This document shows, piece after piece, positions 10,681 through 21,182 of a stretch of DNA of 64,000 nucleotides; position 1 is the first letter of the stretch, and each line of letters starts with the position of its first letter. The DNA is taken from positions 544,001 through 608,000 of the forward strand of contig CAVSCK010000003.1 of assembly GCA_963726455.1 (NCBI GenBank). The letters are read 5' to 3'. A program made the position numbers and the translations under genes. Under the pieces are notes generated by a model that ran no database searches, was not told where the DNA came from, and saw nothing but the letters and a program-made list of their open reading frames with translations. Origin of the DNA: an uncultured bacterium (GTDB taxonomy: Bacteria > Zixibacteria > MSB-5A5 > CAIYYT01).

Positions 10681-12165
10681 CTAGGCGTCTATCTGCGCTT
10701 TCTGCAGTGTACCGGAAAAATCAATATAGCACGACTTCCATTCGCTGAAGATATCCAGCGCCTGATGTCCCGCCTCGCGGTGGCCGTTGCCTGTCGCCTT
10801 AGTACCGCCAAACGGCAAATGCACTTCCGCGCCGATCGTCGGGCTGTTGACATAGAATATGCCGGTGTAGATGTCACGCATCGCGGTGAATGCTTCGTTG
10901 ATGTCCTGCGTGTAAATCGACGCCGACAATCCGTACACCGTATCGTTAGCCATTTCAATTCCCTGCTCCAGCGACTCGCACATGGCAACTGATAACACCG
11001 GCCCGAAGATTTCTTCTTTCCAGATCGTCATCTTCTGCGTGACATCACCGAAAATTGTCGGCTGCAGGAAATAACCCTTATCGTAGTCGCTGCCGGTAAG
11101 ACGTTCGCCGCCGGTTACCAGCTGGGCGCCGTCTTTCTTGCCGATCTCGATATAGCGCAGGTCAGTGTTGAGCTGCGACTGGTTGATCGCCGGTCCCATA
11201 TCGACGTTCTCTTGAAGTCCATTTCCGACTTTCAGCTTCCTGGCACGTTCGGTGAGTTTCTCGATGAACTGCTTGTATACATCCTTATGCGCGACTATGC
11301 GCGACGTTGCGGTGCAGCGTTGGCCGGTGGTACCGAACGCGCCCCAGAGGGCACCGTCGACTGCCAGATCAAGTTTTGCCGACGACATTATCAGCATGCA
11401 GTTCTTGCCACCCATTTCCAGTGAGCAGTGCTTGAAATCAGGCGCGCACGCTCTGGAGACAAGTGAGCCAATCTCAGAAGATCCGGTGAAGGACACGATC
11501 TTCACATCCGGATGATGCATCAAGGGGTCGCCAACCTGGCTGCCGGTACCGGTCACCAGATTGATCACGCCCTTGGGAATACCGGCCTCTGCCAAAGTCT
11601 TGATGAAGTTGACACTGGACGCCGGAGTATCGGTCGCCGGCTTGAGGACTACCGTGTTGCCGCAAACGAGCGCCGGGATGATCTTCCACGATGGAATCGC
11701 CATCGGGAAATTCCAGGGCGTAATCATTGCGCACACGCCCAGCGGCTGACGAATAGACATCTGGAATTTGTTCGGCAGTTCCGACGGCGTGGTCTGGCCG
11801 TGCATGCGTCGGCCTTCGCCTGCCGTAAAATACGATATATCAATAGCTTCCTGCACGTCGCCGCGAGTTTCCTTGAGCACCTTACCCATCTCGCGGGTCA
11901 TGACCTTGGCATATTCCTCTTTGTGCTGCACCAACATCTGGGCAGCGCGATAAATAATCTCCGCACGCTTCGGGGCCGGAGTCAGACGCCACTTGTTGTA
12001 GGCCTGCTTGGCAGCATCGACTGCGCTGTTGACATCCTTTTCGTCGGATTTCTGAAAGACACCGACTACCTCATCGGTATTGGCTGGATTGCGGTTCTCG
12101 AAGGTCTGTCCTGTATGTGAAGCCACCCATTCGCCGTTGATAAAATTCTTAATTGCCTCAGGCAT
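10681..12165 (-). CDS. NAD(P)-dependent aldehyde dehydrogenase
   Basis: [35 protein letters not shown]. Confidence 0.95.
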   Translation of the reverse strand: MPEAIKNFINGEWVASHTGQTFENRNPANTDEVVGVFQKSDEKDVNSAVDAAKQAYNKWRLTPAPKRAEIIYRAAQMLVQHKEEYAKVMTREMGKVLKETRGDVQEAIDISYFTAGEGRRMHGQTTPSELPNKFQMSIRQPLGVCAMITPWNFPMAIPSWKIIPALVCGNTVVLKPATDTPASSVNFIKTLAEAGIPKGVINLVTGTGSQVGDPLMHHPDVKIVSFTGSSEIGSLVSRACAPDFKHCSLEMGGKNCMLIMSSAKLDLAVDGALWGAFGTTGQRCTATSRIVAHKDVYKQFIEKLTERARKLKVGNGLQENVDMGPAINQSQLNTDLRYIEIGKKDGAQLVTGGERLTGSDYDKGYFLQPTIFGDVTQKMTIWKEEIFGPVLSVAMCESLEQGIEMANDTVYGLSASIYTQDINEAFTAMRDIYTGIFYVNSPTIGAEVHLPFGGTKATGNGHREAGHQALDIFSEWKSCYIDFSGTLQKAQIDA

Positions 12166-12462
12166 TAGCGCCTCCCGAAAATGATTATCGCAGTTATGGA
12201 AATCGTGATTTTTGTCACATGCTGTTCCTTATATCTCAAGCCAAAATACGACTTCCGCCATCCGAATGTCAACTTCTTTCGGTTTGCTTGTTAGGTCCAA
12301 CCAGTGCCAGTCTGGAAGTCGCGGAATTCTCCGATTTCCTTGCATTAATTACATTAGAGACTCAGACTACGGGCCCGATTCATTCGAACCTGCAGTGATT
12401 AACTGATTCCACTAATCGGATTGCTCCATCTCGTCAACTCTATTAGAATTTGCCTGGCATAT

Positions 12463-13131
12463 ATGGACAATTACTACGACAAGAATCTGTCGTCCGACCG
12501 ACTAAAACGAGTCTACGAACTCGCCCCGCCGCGCGTCAGGCAATACCTTGAGGCCGAAATTGCGTTCGTCTTGACGCGAATTGAGGCCGCCGACTTTGTG
12601 CTGGAACTCGGCTGCGGTTACGGGCGCGTTCTGGAGCGACTTGCTTCCAAGGCCAAGCTCACCATAGGAATAGACACGTCCCAACCCAGTTTGTTGGCTG
12701 CTGCCGAATTTTGCCCACTCCCCAATGTTGGATTGGCGCGGATGAACGCGATTTCGCTCGGTTTCAAGAGCCGGAGCTTTGATCGCGTCGTGTGCATACA
12801 GAATGGCATTTCCGCGTTTCATGTCGATCCATTGGGAATGCTGCGTGAATGCGTACGAGTGACCAAGTCGGGCGGCAGAATACTGGTTTCCACCTATTCC
12901 GAGCGGTTTTGGAATGATCGGCTTGAGTGGTTTCGCCTTCAATCCCAAGCGGGCTTGCTCGGTCAGATAGACTGGGATCAAACCGGGGAGGGCGTAATTG
13001 TCTGCACTGACGGCTTCCGGGCCACGACCTTCACGCCGGAGATGCTCAATTCACTTGCGGCGCGGTTGGACCTGAGTTACTCCCTCTACGAAGTAGACGG
13101 CTCCAGTCTGTTTTGCGAAATTTTCAGCTAA
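12463..13131 (+). CDS. Class I SAM-dependent methyltransferase
   Basis: VLELGCGYG motif I; FDRV and RVTKSGG motifs. Confidence 0.85.
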   Translation: MDNYYDKNLSSDRLKRVYELAPPRVRQYLEAEIAFVLTRIEAADFVLELGCGYGRVLERLASKAKLTIGIDTSQPSLLAAAEFCPLPNVGLARMNAISLGFKSRSFDRVVCIQNGISAFHVDPLGMLRECVRVTKSGGRILVSTYSERFWNDRLEWFRLQSQAGLLGQIDWDQTGEGVIVCTDGFRATTFTPEMLNSLAARLDLSYSLYEVDGSSLFCEIFS

Positions 13132-13270
13132 TTTCGGGCAGTTTTCTCAAATCATCGTATCTCTGGAACCAAACGTCGACTAATCTTGTTCTTGTCTCCA
13201 GACGCCGAAACGAGAGGTCCTCGCCGGAGTCTTGAGTGAGAAACTCAGCGATTTTAAGGAGCAGAAGATC

Positions 13271-13468
13271 ATGCGCAGAAACATGGGTACCACGGATAGA
13301 ATCATCAGATTATTCGTGGGTTTGGGAATCTTGGTCTTGGGAATCGGTCTTAAAACTTGGTGGGGCGTTATCGGAGTAATACCGGTTTTGATCGCATTCG
13401 TAGGAATTTGTCCGGGGTATTTGCCATTTGGTATTTCGACCTGTAGGGAAAGAGCAAGAGTTCACTAG
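13271..13468 (+). CDS. DUF2892 (YgaP-like) small membrane protein
   Basis: NMGTTDRIIR...two TM segments...CPGYLPFGISTC; AAGGAG RBS. Confidence 0.85.
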   Translation: MRRNMGTTDRIIRLFVGLGILVLGIGLKTWWGVIGVIPVLIAFVGICPGYLPFGISTCRERARVH

Positions 13469-13493
13469 TCTCCGCAGTTGTTCCCCTAAGGTA

Positions 13494-13532
13494 GAAGCCG
13501 GTCGGAAGCAGAGTCCGCCGGCTTCATTTCTT
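13494..13532 (+). terminator. Intrinsic terminator between convergent genes
   Basis: GAAGCCGG...CCGGCTTC stem followed by a T-rich tract. Confidence 0.55.
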
Positions 13533-13551
13533 TCGGCTCATCTATATATTG

Positions 13552-14316
13552 TCAGATCAGAATCTCATCACCTTCGTTGGCTCGATAAACGTCCGTAACC
13601 CCCTGCTTGGCGCATGCGGTCTCAACGCCGGAAGAATCGAAATCGTCGGACATGTGTGTTAACATAATCTTCTTCAGTCCCGTCTTCACGGCGACCTCCG
13701 GTAGCCGCGTAAGATCCGTGTGCATTGCATCGAGAATGAGCAGGTCAGCTCCTGCGACTCCGGGGAGAATCTCGTCCAGACTCCCCACATCGGCGGAATA
13801 CGCCAACCGCTTGATTCCGCACTTCACAACAAAGGAGAAACATTGCATGCGATTTGCGAGGCCTGCGTCAGCCAGAAAGGACACATTATTCTTGAGATGA
13901 CTATTGGGAATAGCCGACACGGTGACGTCACCTGCCTGAATCGTGAATCCCTCTTCGATTCCACGTACCACAAGATCGAACGGAACTTTGTGCGGAAATA
14001 GATAGGTCAGATTGAATAGCTGCTTAACACCCCCCACCGCTTCCGACGGGACATAAATTGCCAGCGGCTCGACCCGTTTAAGCAGGTAGTTCGCCTGGAT
14101 GAACATTGGCAGTCCCATGCAGTGGTCCGGGTGCATATGCGAGACGAAACAGGCGCTGATACTGCGCGGATCGATCTGCAGACGGCGCAAGCGCCGATGA
14201 TAAACCCTCACCTGCATCCAAAAGCAAACCGACCTGTTCAGTCGTCACCAGGTACGCCGAGCTTGCCAGATGCGGATGCGGCAACCCGACGCACAGCCAA
14301 TGACTGCTAGTCGCAA
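13552..14316 (-). CDS. MBL-fold metallo-hydrolase (RNase Z/AtsA-like) with two frameshifts (~14285, ~14190)
   Basis: Joined frames read LRLAVIGCASG-PHPHLASSAYLV...LLDAGEG-...SHMHPDHCMG...YSAD...LTH. Confidence 0.75.
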
Positions 14317-14366
14317 ACCATCACCCCTGTATGTGAATATCTAAGAAGAAAACTGACAGAGTCTGG

Positions 14367-15402
14367 TCAACTCTCAAACACTTCGTGGAAAATCTTGATC
14401 GCGTCGTTGCAGTCTTCGCGATTGACATCCAGATGCGTTACGCAACGGATTTTCGTTGCCCCAAACTGAACTGCCAGCAGTCCTTTTTCTTTGCACGACC
14501 CGAGCACTTCGCTCACCTGCCGTCCCGACTGGGCAATATCCATCACCACGATATTGGTCTGCACACTGTCGAGATCAATGTAGATCCCGTCTATCTCCGA
14601 CAAAGTCTCCGCGAGGTACCAGGCGTTGTCGTGATCCTCGCTGAGCCGTTTGATGTTGTTTTCGACGGCGTAGATACCGGCTGCGGCAATAATGCCGACC
14701 TGTCGCATGGCGCCACCGAACATCTTGCGCACACGGCGGGCATCCTGAATGAACTCTCTGTCGCCGACAATCATCGAACCGATCGGAGCTCCCAGTCCCT
14801 TGGATAGGCACACGCTCAGCGTGTCCGCCAGCCGCCCGTACTCAGTCAACGGGATATCCGTTGCGACATGCGCATTCCAGATCCGCGCTCCGTCCAAATG
14901 CACCAGCAATCCCGTTTCATCGGCGAGATTGCGGATGGCTTCCATCTCTTCCAACGGGAAAATAGTCCCGCCGGCGCGATTGTGAGTATTTTCGATGGCA
15001 GATAATCTTAGTGCGCGGAGCATGGATATCCTTCTGCCTGATCAACGGCCGAATTTCGGCAGCCGTAATGACCCCGCGAACACCCTTCATCACATGAAAC
15101 AACAAACCGGAGAACGCAGCGGCGGTGGCCACTTCATAATTGAAGATGTGTGCCCCTTCTTCGCAGATGACTTCGTCGCCCGGTTGCGTGAGAGTCTTGA
15201 GGGACACCTGGTTTCCCATGGTTCCCGAAGGCACAAACAGCGACGCTTCCCTCCCGAATAGCTCGGCTACTATCTTCTCCAAGCGAATGACGGTGGGATC
15301 ATCGCCGAAAACGTCGTCGCCGACTTCGGCCGCGGCCATCGCCTGCCGCATCTGTTCGGATGGTTTGGTAACCGTGTCCGATCGCAAATCGATGTACTTC
15401 AT
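14367..15402 (-). CDS. ltaE: Low-specificity L-threonine aldolase, frameshift near 15010
   Basis: IDLRSDTVT, GDDVFGDDP and PSGTMGN in one frame; ENTHN, HLDGARI and LSKGLGAP in the next. Confidence 0.9.
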
Positions 15403-15518
15403 TTTGCCTTCTGTTCTTTCAAGTGCGCCCGTTAGGTGGAAAGAAGCGCCGCCCGATACTGATCGTCAAGAAAAAACGTTTATGCGGCACCTGCCTTAGA
15501 TTGCTCATTGGGCCGGTA

Positions 15519-16142
15519 TCATAAATCACTTTGCGGCAACTGCGGGAAGAATGCCTTGACCAGCAAATGCATTACCAGCCCGGCGATCAGAGGCACCGTC
15601 AAATTGTCATCGCGATGAATCGAAACCGCTTCTACTATAGTCGCTATTACGGCACCGATAATGCCGACTGTGTACGGTACCTTCGGAACCAGGACAATTA
15701 TCAACAGCGCTACCACCAGGAAACCCAACGCCCCTTCATACGTCTTGGGGCGCCTGATGAAGTGTCTGCCGTATCGCCTGCCGATCAATGCCGACGCGAC
15801 ATCGCCCAGGATTTCGAAGGTTATCGCAGTAAAAGCAATCCAGCGGGGGAAAAAGATAATGGTGGCTAGACCCCCAAGAATAATATAGAAGGCGCCGGTG
15901 AAATTGCCGTTTTCCTCCTTTGGGCGAATCATGCCGCCGACTGCAAACTTGAGGTAATGCCAGGGACGCAATTTGCGGAGGCGGATGATCTCGAACGTGA
16001 TGGCGACGACCATCGTCGCGCTCATGATCGCGATTGCCCACGGCTTGGGAAATATCACATAACAGGCAGGAATGAGCAAGGCGATGAAATGAGTCGCCTT
16101 GCGCATGGCCTCCTGTTTGTAACTGATATTCTTAGGAACCAC
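15519..16142 (-). CDS. CTP-dependent polyprenol/phytol kinase-like membrane protein (SEC59/VTE5 family)
   Basis: RKATH, GDVASALIGRRYG, KTYEG, DDNLTVP; multiple TM helices. Confidence 0.85.
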   Translation of the reverse strand: MVPKNISYKQEAMRKATHFIALLIPACYVIFPKPWAIAIMSATMVVAITFEIIRLRKLRPWHYLKFAVGGMIRPKEENGNFTGAFYIILGGLATIIFFPRWIAFTAITFEILGDVASALIGRRYGRHFIRRPKTYEGALGFLVVALLIIVLVPKVPYTVGIIGAVIATIVEAVSIHRDDNLTVPLIAGLVMHLLVKAFFPQLPQSDL

Positions 16143-17946
16143 TTTTCACAGTTTCAGTCACTGTTTTTGCCTGAGCCAGAGAGTCCGCTAACTGAAAATA
16201 GCGGTCGCGCTTGGTCAAGTCTATCTGTGAGAGTATGTCGTCGTACTTCACGATATCTCTCCCCTTGGTTACCATCGCAATCCACTTGCGATTCGAATCT
16301 TTCGCAGCTTCCGCGCGAACCAGCTCCTGCACGTCCAGCCGCGCCGCATCGAAATTCTTCATCGACTTGCGATCAACTACTTTGATGACATGCCAGCCCC
16401 ATTTGGTCTGGACCGGCCCAGCATACTTGCCGACACCGACCAGCCAGGCGGCATTGTAGAAATCGGTTCCCATTTCCTTCTCAGAGATCCAGCCCAGGTC
16501 AAACGCCTCCTCCTTAAACTTGGGATCGCCGGGATAATATTTCATTGCCAATTCCTTGAAATCCGCACCGGCCTCAAGTTTGCTTTTGACGTCTGCCGCC
16601 TCTATTGAATCCTTGAAGATGATATGCTGTACCTTAAGAGGTTTGTCGGAAATGAAATCACTCTTATGGCTTTCGTAGTAGCTCTTCAGCTCGGCCTCGG
16701 TCGGAAGCTCGCTGGACACTATCGTCCGATCTCGATAAATGCGGCCCATAATCTCCTGCCGCGCCAGATTGTTATATACCTGTTGAACCGTGTCCCTCTC
16801 GAAATAGCCCAGTTGACGGGCCGCGGAAGCCATGGCGTATGGCGATAGTTTCGACAGAACTATTTGTTTGCGCACGTCGGGAGTAACTGGTCCGCGTCTG
16901 CCGCCGGTGCGAAAGACCAGCTCCAACTCCTTGAGAATGCCGGCATTGATGGTGTCAGTGCCGTTTACCACGCATACCCAGTCCAATGGGTCGTAGCCGC
17001 CGGGTTCCTTTTGCAGCAACGGTTCATTCCATTCTAGCTTGGCGGAGGTGTCCACGCTGTCTACGAAGCTACTCACCATGATGGTGCGGTCGAAGGACTT
17101 AAGCTGCGTTCGTATGTTTTCCCGTAAGGCACTGTCGAGCGGCGTCACCATCGAATCGCGTATTTCGTCCACGCGAAGAATATGCCAGCCGAACTCCGTC
17201 TTGAACGGCGGACTCACCGCACCCTTCGGCAACTTGAAAGCAACCTTCTCGAATTCCGCTACCATCTGCCCTTTCTCGAACAATCCCGTGCTGCCACGAT
17301 TCGGCTTCGAATTGGTGTCATGGGAGAACTTCAGCGCGAGCTCCCCAATATCGGCGCCGCCCTTAACCTGGCGATAATACTCGTCGATCTGCTCCTTGGC
17401 TTTGGCGTCGAGTTGCGCCGCGGAAAGTCCGGAGACATTGATGCCCGATGCTTCCCAGGCCTTGGGATTTGTCGACATCAGAATTTGCGTGACACTGCGC
17501 CTCTCGGGAGTGCTGAATTTGGCAATGTTGACGCGATAGGCGCTGTCAACCGAGGCGTCGGGGATTCGAATCTTGTTGTCGAACAGGTCTTGCATCATGT
17601 AGCCAATGACGAAATCATGGGTGCGGTTCTGTGCGAGCCGATGAATCTCCTTCTTGTCGTAGTCCTTGAAATCCTTGGTGAGCAGATACGCGCACCTGCG
17701 GTAGATGACCTCATCGAGGGCATTCTCCAAAGTCGGCGCCACCGGAGCATTCGGTGATGTCTGTTTGGTGTACTCCTGCAAAACCTCACCCAGAGGAATT
17801 TTCATCGTATCGACGGTCGCCACTATGGTCGATGCGCTAATCGGTCCCGTCTGGGCTATGCGCGTTTGTTTGGAGCAACTCAACGGCAGTAACGAAATTG
17901 CCGTCAGAGTAACAAGTAAGACAAGTGCGAGATTCCGCTGGTTCAT
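16132..17946 (-). CDS. Lipoprotein peptidyl-prolyl cis-trans isomerase (two parvulin domains)
   Basis: Lipobox LPLSC; MVAEFEKVAF...TEFGWHIL and HII...TKWGWHVI parvulin motifs. Confidence 0.85.
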   Translation of the reverse strand: MNQRNLALVLLVTLTAISLLPLSCSKQTRIAQTGPISASTIVATVDTMKIPLGEVLQEYTKQTSPNAPVAPTLENALDEVIYRRCAYLLTKDFKDYDKKEIHRLAQNRTHDFVIGYMMQDLFDNKIRIPDASVDSAYRVNIAKFSTPERRSVTQILMSTNPKAWEASGINVSGLSAAQLDAKAKEQIDEYYRQVKGGADIGELALKFSHDTNSKPNRGSTGLFEKGQMVAEFEKVAFKLPKGAVSPPFKTEFGWHILRVDEIRDSMVTPLDSALRENIRTQLKSFDRTIMVSSFVDSVDTSAKLEWNEPLLQKEPGGYDPLDWVCVVNGTDTINAGILKELELVFRTGGRRGPVTPDVRKQIVLSKLSPYAMASAARQLGYFERDTVQQVYNNLARQEIMGRIYRDRTIVSSELPTEAELKSYYESHKSDFISDKPLKVQHIIFKDSIEAADVKSKLEAGADFKELAMKYYPGDPKFKEEAFDLGWISEKEMGTDFYNAAWLVGVGKYAGPVQTKWGWHVIKVVDRKSMKNFDAARLDVQELVRAEAAKDSNRKWIAMVTKGRDIVKYDDILSQIDLTKRDRYFQLADSLAQAKTVTETVKSGS

Positions 17947-17962
17947 AAGTATGTCGATCCTC

Positions 17963-18907
17963 CTAGAGTGCAACATTAAGAGATATGCGGTACGTATTGT
18001 CTAGTTCCTTGTGATTCATAAACGCGCCGTCGAGACGAAAGCGATTGAAGCTGACACCGACGCCGAGTGTTAGCCGTCCGACATCTGACCCGGCACGGAA
18101 AAATACCAAATTTTCGTATGATAGTTCTCCGCCCCAATGCGTGTCGAGCGACATGCTCCCCATCGATACTTGCGCAGCCGCTTTGCGTCCCTCGAACAGA
18201 AATTCACCGTCTGCGATCGCTCGCGCCGTGAATGACTGATAATGATAGGCGTAGGTTCCCCCCAGCTTGACTGCGGGGAGAATCGATTCCTTGGTGCCAT
18301 TGTCGTACGACAGGAAAGTCGAAGTCACATCGGTGATCGTCGCCCCCAGCGTCACGTCGGGCGTCAGATCATACTGCGTGCCGAGATCAAATCCCAATCC
18401 CCAGGCGCTATTTGCGGCCAGCGAACGCAAAATCATCTTCGCAGATCCACCGGCGCGCCAGCGGTCTGAAACTTTGTATCCGCCACCAAACGAGAAGACA
18501 TAATCGTAATGGCTTGCTTCGGATTTCGCCACGATCCTGCTGCTGTCCGAATTCCAGCCCGTGATCAAGATTCCCCCGCCACCGAGTCGATAGATGCCCA
18601 CACCCAGCGCCCCATTATGTGAACCGAATTTCACCGGATGTGCGAAAGCCGCGAAATCCTGATTGATCAGCGAACCAAACGTTTCCGAATGTAAGAAGGT
18701 CAGCTGATTGTTCGTTAAGTGCGCCAAACCGGCGGGGTTGTAGTAGATGCTGCTTGGATCAGCGGCCAGCGCTATGTACGCCCCACCGAATCCCAACGGT
18801 CGGGCGCTGGCGCCCAACTTGAAAGACTCGCCGGCATACTTGGCCGCCACAGCCGCAGAACAGACGAAGATGCTGGTCAATATGGCGGCGAATGTCGTAA
18901 AGCGCAA
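17963..18907 (-). CDS. PorV/UPF0164-like outer-membrane beta-barrel protein
   Basis: Signal peptide; GASARPLGFGGAY...D.SSIYYNPAGL; amphipathic strands ending NTYRISL. Confidence 0.75.
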   Translation of the reverse strand: MRFTTFAAILTSIFVCSAAVAAKYAGESFKLGASARPLGFGGAYIALAADPSSIYYNPAGLAHLTNNQLTFLHSETFGSLINQDFAAFAHPVKFGSHNGALGVGIYRLGGGGILITGWNSDSSRIVAKSEASHYDYVFSFGGGYKVSDRWRAGGSAKMILRSLAANSAWGLGFDLGTQYDLTPDVTLGATITDVTSTFLSYDNGTKESILPAVKLGGTYAYHYQSFTARAIADGEFLFEGRKAAAQVSMGSMSLDTHWGGELSYENLVFFRAGSDVGRLTLGVGVSFNRFRLDGAFMNHKELDNTYRISLNVAL

Positions 18908-18977
18908 AGTCAGATAGTCTCCAAACCAGCGGAAATTACCTCCTCACATCCTCACTGTCAACTCTATTGTACAAACG

Positions 18978-19008
18978 AAAAGGGCGGTCGAATCGCTCAA
19001 CCGCCCTT
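18978..19008 (-). terminator. Intrinsic terminator
   Basis: AAGGGCGGT...ACCGCCCTT hairpin with a T tract on the minus strand, downstream of the HMA gene. Confidence 0.6.
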
Positions 19009-19030
19009 GAGATCCGTTGTCAGAATATTA

Positions 19031-19867
19031 TTAGGACTCGCTCTTCTTGGCTTCCAGCTTGTCTTTGCTGCTATTAGCGCAGGATTTCTCCCACTTTTCA
19101 CCGTAATTGTCACCAAAGAGCGCCTTCATGTCCGAACTGTAATCGGTCTTCATCGCCGCAACATATCCGGCCTTGTTGATCGCGGAAACCATGTCGTCAG
19201 TCTTGACCTTGTCCGAATGGAACACTACGGACGCAGAGGCCGCCTTGAGATTAACATCAACTGCGCAGACACCGTCCATCGCGCCGAGTACTTTGGTGAT
19301 GTGATCAACGCAACCCTGGCAAGTCATTTTGTCAACCGACAAAAATACCACCATCGGATTGGCTTCGCACTTCATGGCGTCGGCAACCGTCTGAGCCGCA
19401 TGGCCGTTCGGCAGTTTGGCTTCGCCGGCAGTCCCGGTGGCTTTGCCCTTATCAACGCCGCACTTGGCTCTCTCGGCCGCAGTGCACTGGTGATCGGCAG
19501 GTTTGCTGCCGCTCTTGCTCATCGGGCAACCACCGGTTTCACCGGTGAGATTTACGGAAATTTTGGTGTCGGATGTGGCAATGGCCGGCATGATGTTGAT
19601 GACATCACTTGAAGTGGCGTCGGCCTTGCTCGCGGTGGATTTGCCGTTCGGGCAAACACAGCCCGGGTGAGAAGCGCAATCCTTGCCGTCTTTCTTCATG
19701 GCCTCGCAAGCGGCTTTGCAATCCTTTTTGTCTTTGTCGCAAGTGGCTTTACCGGTGCAGGTCGCGGAACAATCTTTGCCGGCTGCTTTCTTATCGCAAC
19801 TGTACGCTGGAACCGCCAGCGACATGGCAAAGACGGCAATCATAAGAACGAGCGCGAGTTTCTTCAT
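19031..19867 (-). CDS. Secreted Cys-rich protein with a C-terminal heavy-metal-associated (HMA) domain
   Basis: Signal peptide; Cys/Lys-rich N-terminal region; MTCQGC HMA motif followed by AI.KAGY. Confidence 0.8.
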   Translation of the reverse strand: MKKLALVLMIAVFAMSLAVPAYSCDKKAAGKDCSATCTGKATCDKDKKDCKAACEAMKKDGKDCASHPGCVCPNGKSTASKADATSSDVINIMPAIATSDTKISVNLTGETGGCPMSKSGSKPADHQCTAAERAKCGVDKGKATGTAGEAKLPNGHAAQTVADAMKCEANPMVVFLSVDKMTCQGCVDHITKVLGAMDGVCAVDVNLKAASASVVFHSDKVKTDDMVSAINKAGYVAAMKTDYSSDMKALFGDNYGEKWEKSCANSSKDKLEAKKSES

Positions 19868-19950
19868 CGGTGATCCTCCTATTGAGTAACTATGATTTTG
19901 GTTCTGTGTCAGTCCTGTTACTTTGTTATACTAATGAATTCGGCGAAGTA

Positions 19951-20523
19951 CTAAAGATACTTCAATATTCTTTGTTCTAGTACCGTCTTGTCCTGCAACC
20001 CCACGAAGCGATCAACAATCTCGCCTTTGCGATCAACCAGGAACGCAACCGGGATTGCCGAGCCAATATTCCAGTCGCCAGCCACCTGCGCGTTGCCGAT
20101 TACAACCTTGTACGGTATTTGCATCTGCTTGGCGAACTGGGCCACCTTCTCAGGACCCGTTTGATCCAACGATATCCCGACGACCGCAAAACCCTTGTTC
20201 GCATACTTGACCTGCAACGAACTCAAATCTGGTATGGAACGGCGGCACGGAGGACACCATGTCGCCCAGAAATCCACCAGCACGACTTTGCCGTCAAACT
20301 GGCTCCAGTCTACGGTCGAGCCGGTCGTCACATCAGCCAATTGGAAGCCGGGGGCTTTGCGCGACTGCGTTTCAATATTTGCAGCATCTCCTACGCGTCC
20401 GACTTTTGCCGGGTTCTTCGCGTTGAGCTCGACGGTAGAGTCTTTGGAACAGGAGTCGATAAACATTGCTGCGAGTAGAAGGAAGACAACAAGCAGACCG
20501 GTCTTGAAAATATGCTTTCTCAC
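19951..20523 (-). CDS. TlpA-family thiol:disulfide oxidoreductase (lipoprotein)
   Basis: VDFWATWCPPC; lipobox-like IDSC. Confidence 0.9.
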   Translation of the reverse strand: MRKHIFKTGLLVVFLLLAAMFIDSCSKDSTVELNAKNPAKVGRVGDAANIETQSRKAPGFQLADVTTGSTVDWSQFDGKVVLVDFWATWCPPCRRSIPDLSSLQVKYANKGFAVVGISLDQTGPEKVAQFAKQMQIPYKVVIGNAQVAGDWNIGSAIPVAFLVDRKGEIVDRFVGLQDKTVLEQRILKYL

Positions 20524-21047
20524 TTTGATCCGGCTTTCATGTTCTGCTTTTCCATATACTCCTTAAAAGACATCTTCTGATGCGCCTCGGTCCTTATGTA
20601 ATTAAGTATCGGCAGCATTGTCGATGCGTCTATATAGCCGGGCACGGGCGCTATCTTCGACCCGTCGGGTTCGAGAAACCAGGTAATCGGATATGCACGT
20701 ACGCCGAACTGGGAAGTCAAGCCCTTCTCGGTAATGTCTCCGTCCTTGAGTTTCAGGACGTTGTAAGATTCGCCATCTACCATTGCAGCCACGAAGTCGC
20801 GGTTGATGGTATTGACGATTTGCGTATCCTGATAAGTCGTGGCGGCCATCTTCTTGCACCAACCACACCAGGAAGTGTAGAAATCAATCAGGACATGCTT
20901 CTTATTCTTGCGGGCCTCTTCCACGGCCTTGTCATACTTAACCCACGAGATATTGCCCGACTTTTCGGAGGCAAATAGCGCCGGCTTGCCAAACGAACTG
21001 ATCAGCAAGAGTGCGATAATGACAGAGTAGATCTTTCGTGTATTCAT
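20520..21047 (-). CDS. Exported thioredoxin-fold protein (SoxW/DUF255-like)
   Basis: DFYTSWCGWCKKM, VRAYP, VPGY; signal peptide. Confidence 0.85.
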   Translation of the reverse strand: MNTRKIYSVIIALLLISSFGKPALFASEKSGNISWVKYDKAVEEARKNKKHVLIDFYTSWCGWCKKMAATTYQDTQIVNTINRDFVAAMVDGESYNVLKLKDGDITEKGLTSQFGVRAYPITWFLEPDGSKIAPVPGYIDASTMLPILNYIRTEAHQKMSFKEYMEKQNMKAGSK

Positions 21048-21182
21048 AGTTTAGTAGGCGGTATCCTAGGTTGCAGTAACTTTCAGTCCTCTAAATCTAA
21101 CAAATCCGACCATAAAAGCAAACGTTTTTCCGGTCTCATCAATGGTTTTAACCCTTCAGGCGGCCGACAGTTCCCGTCCTTA

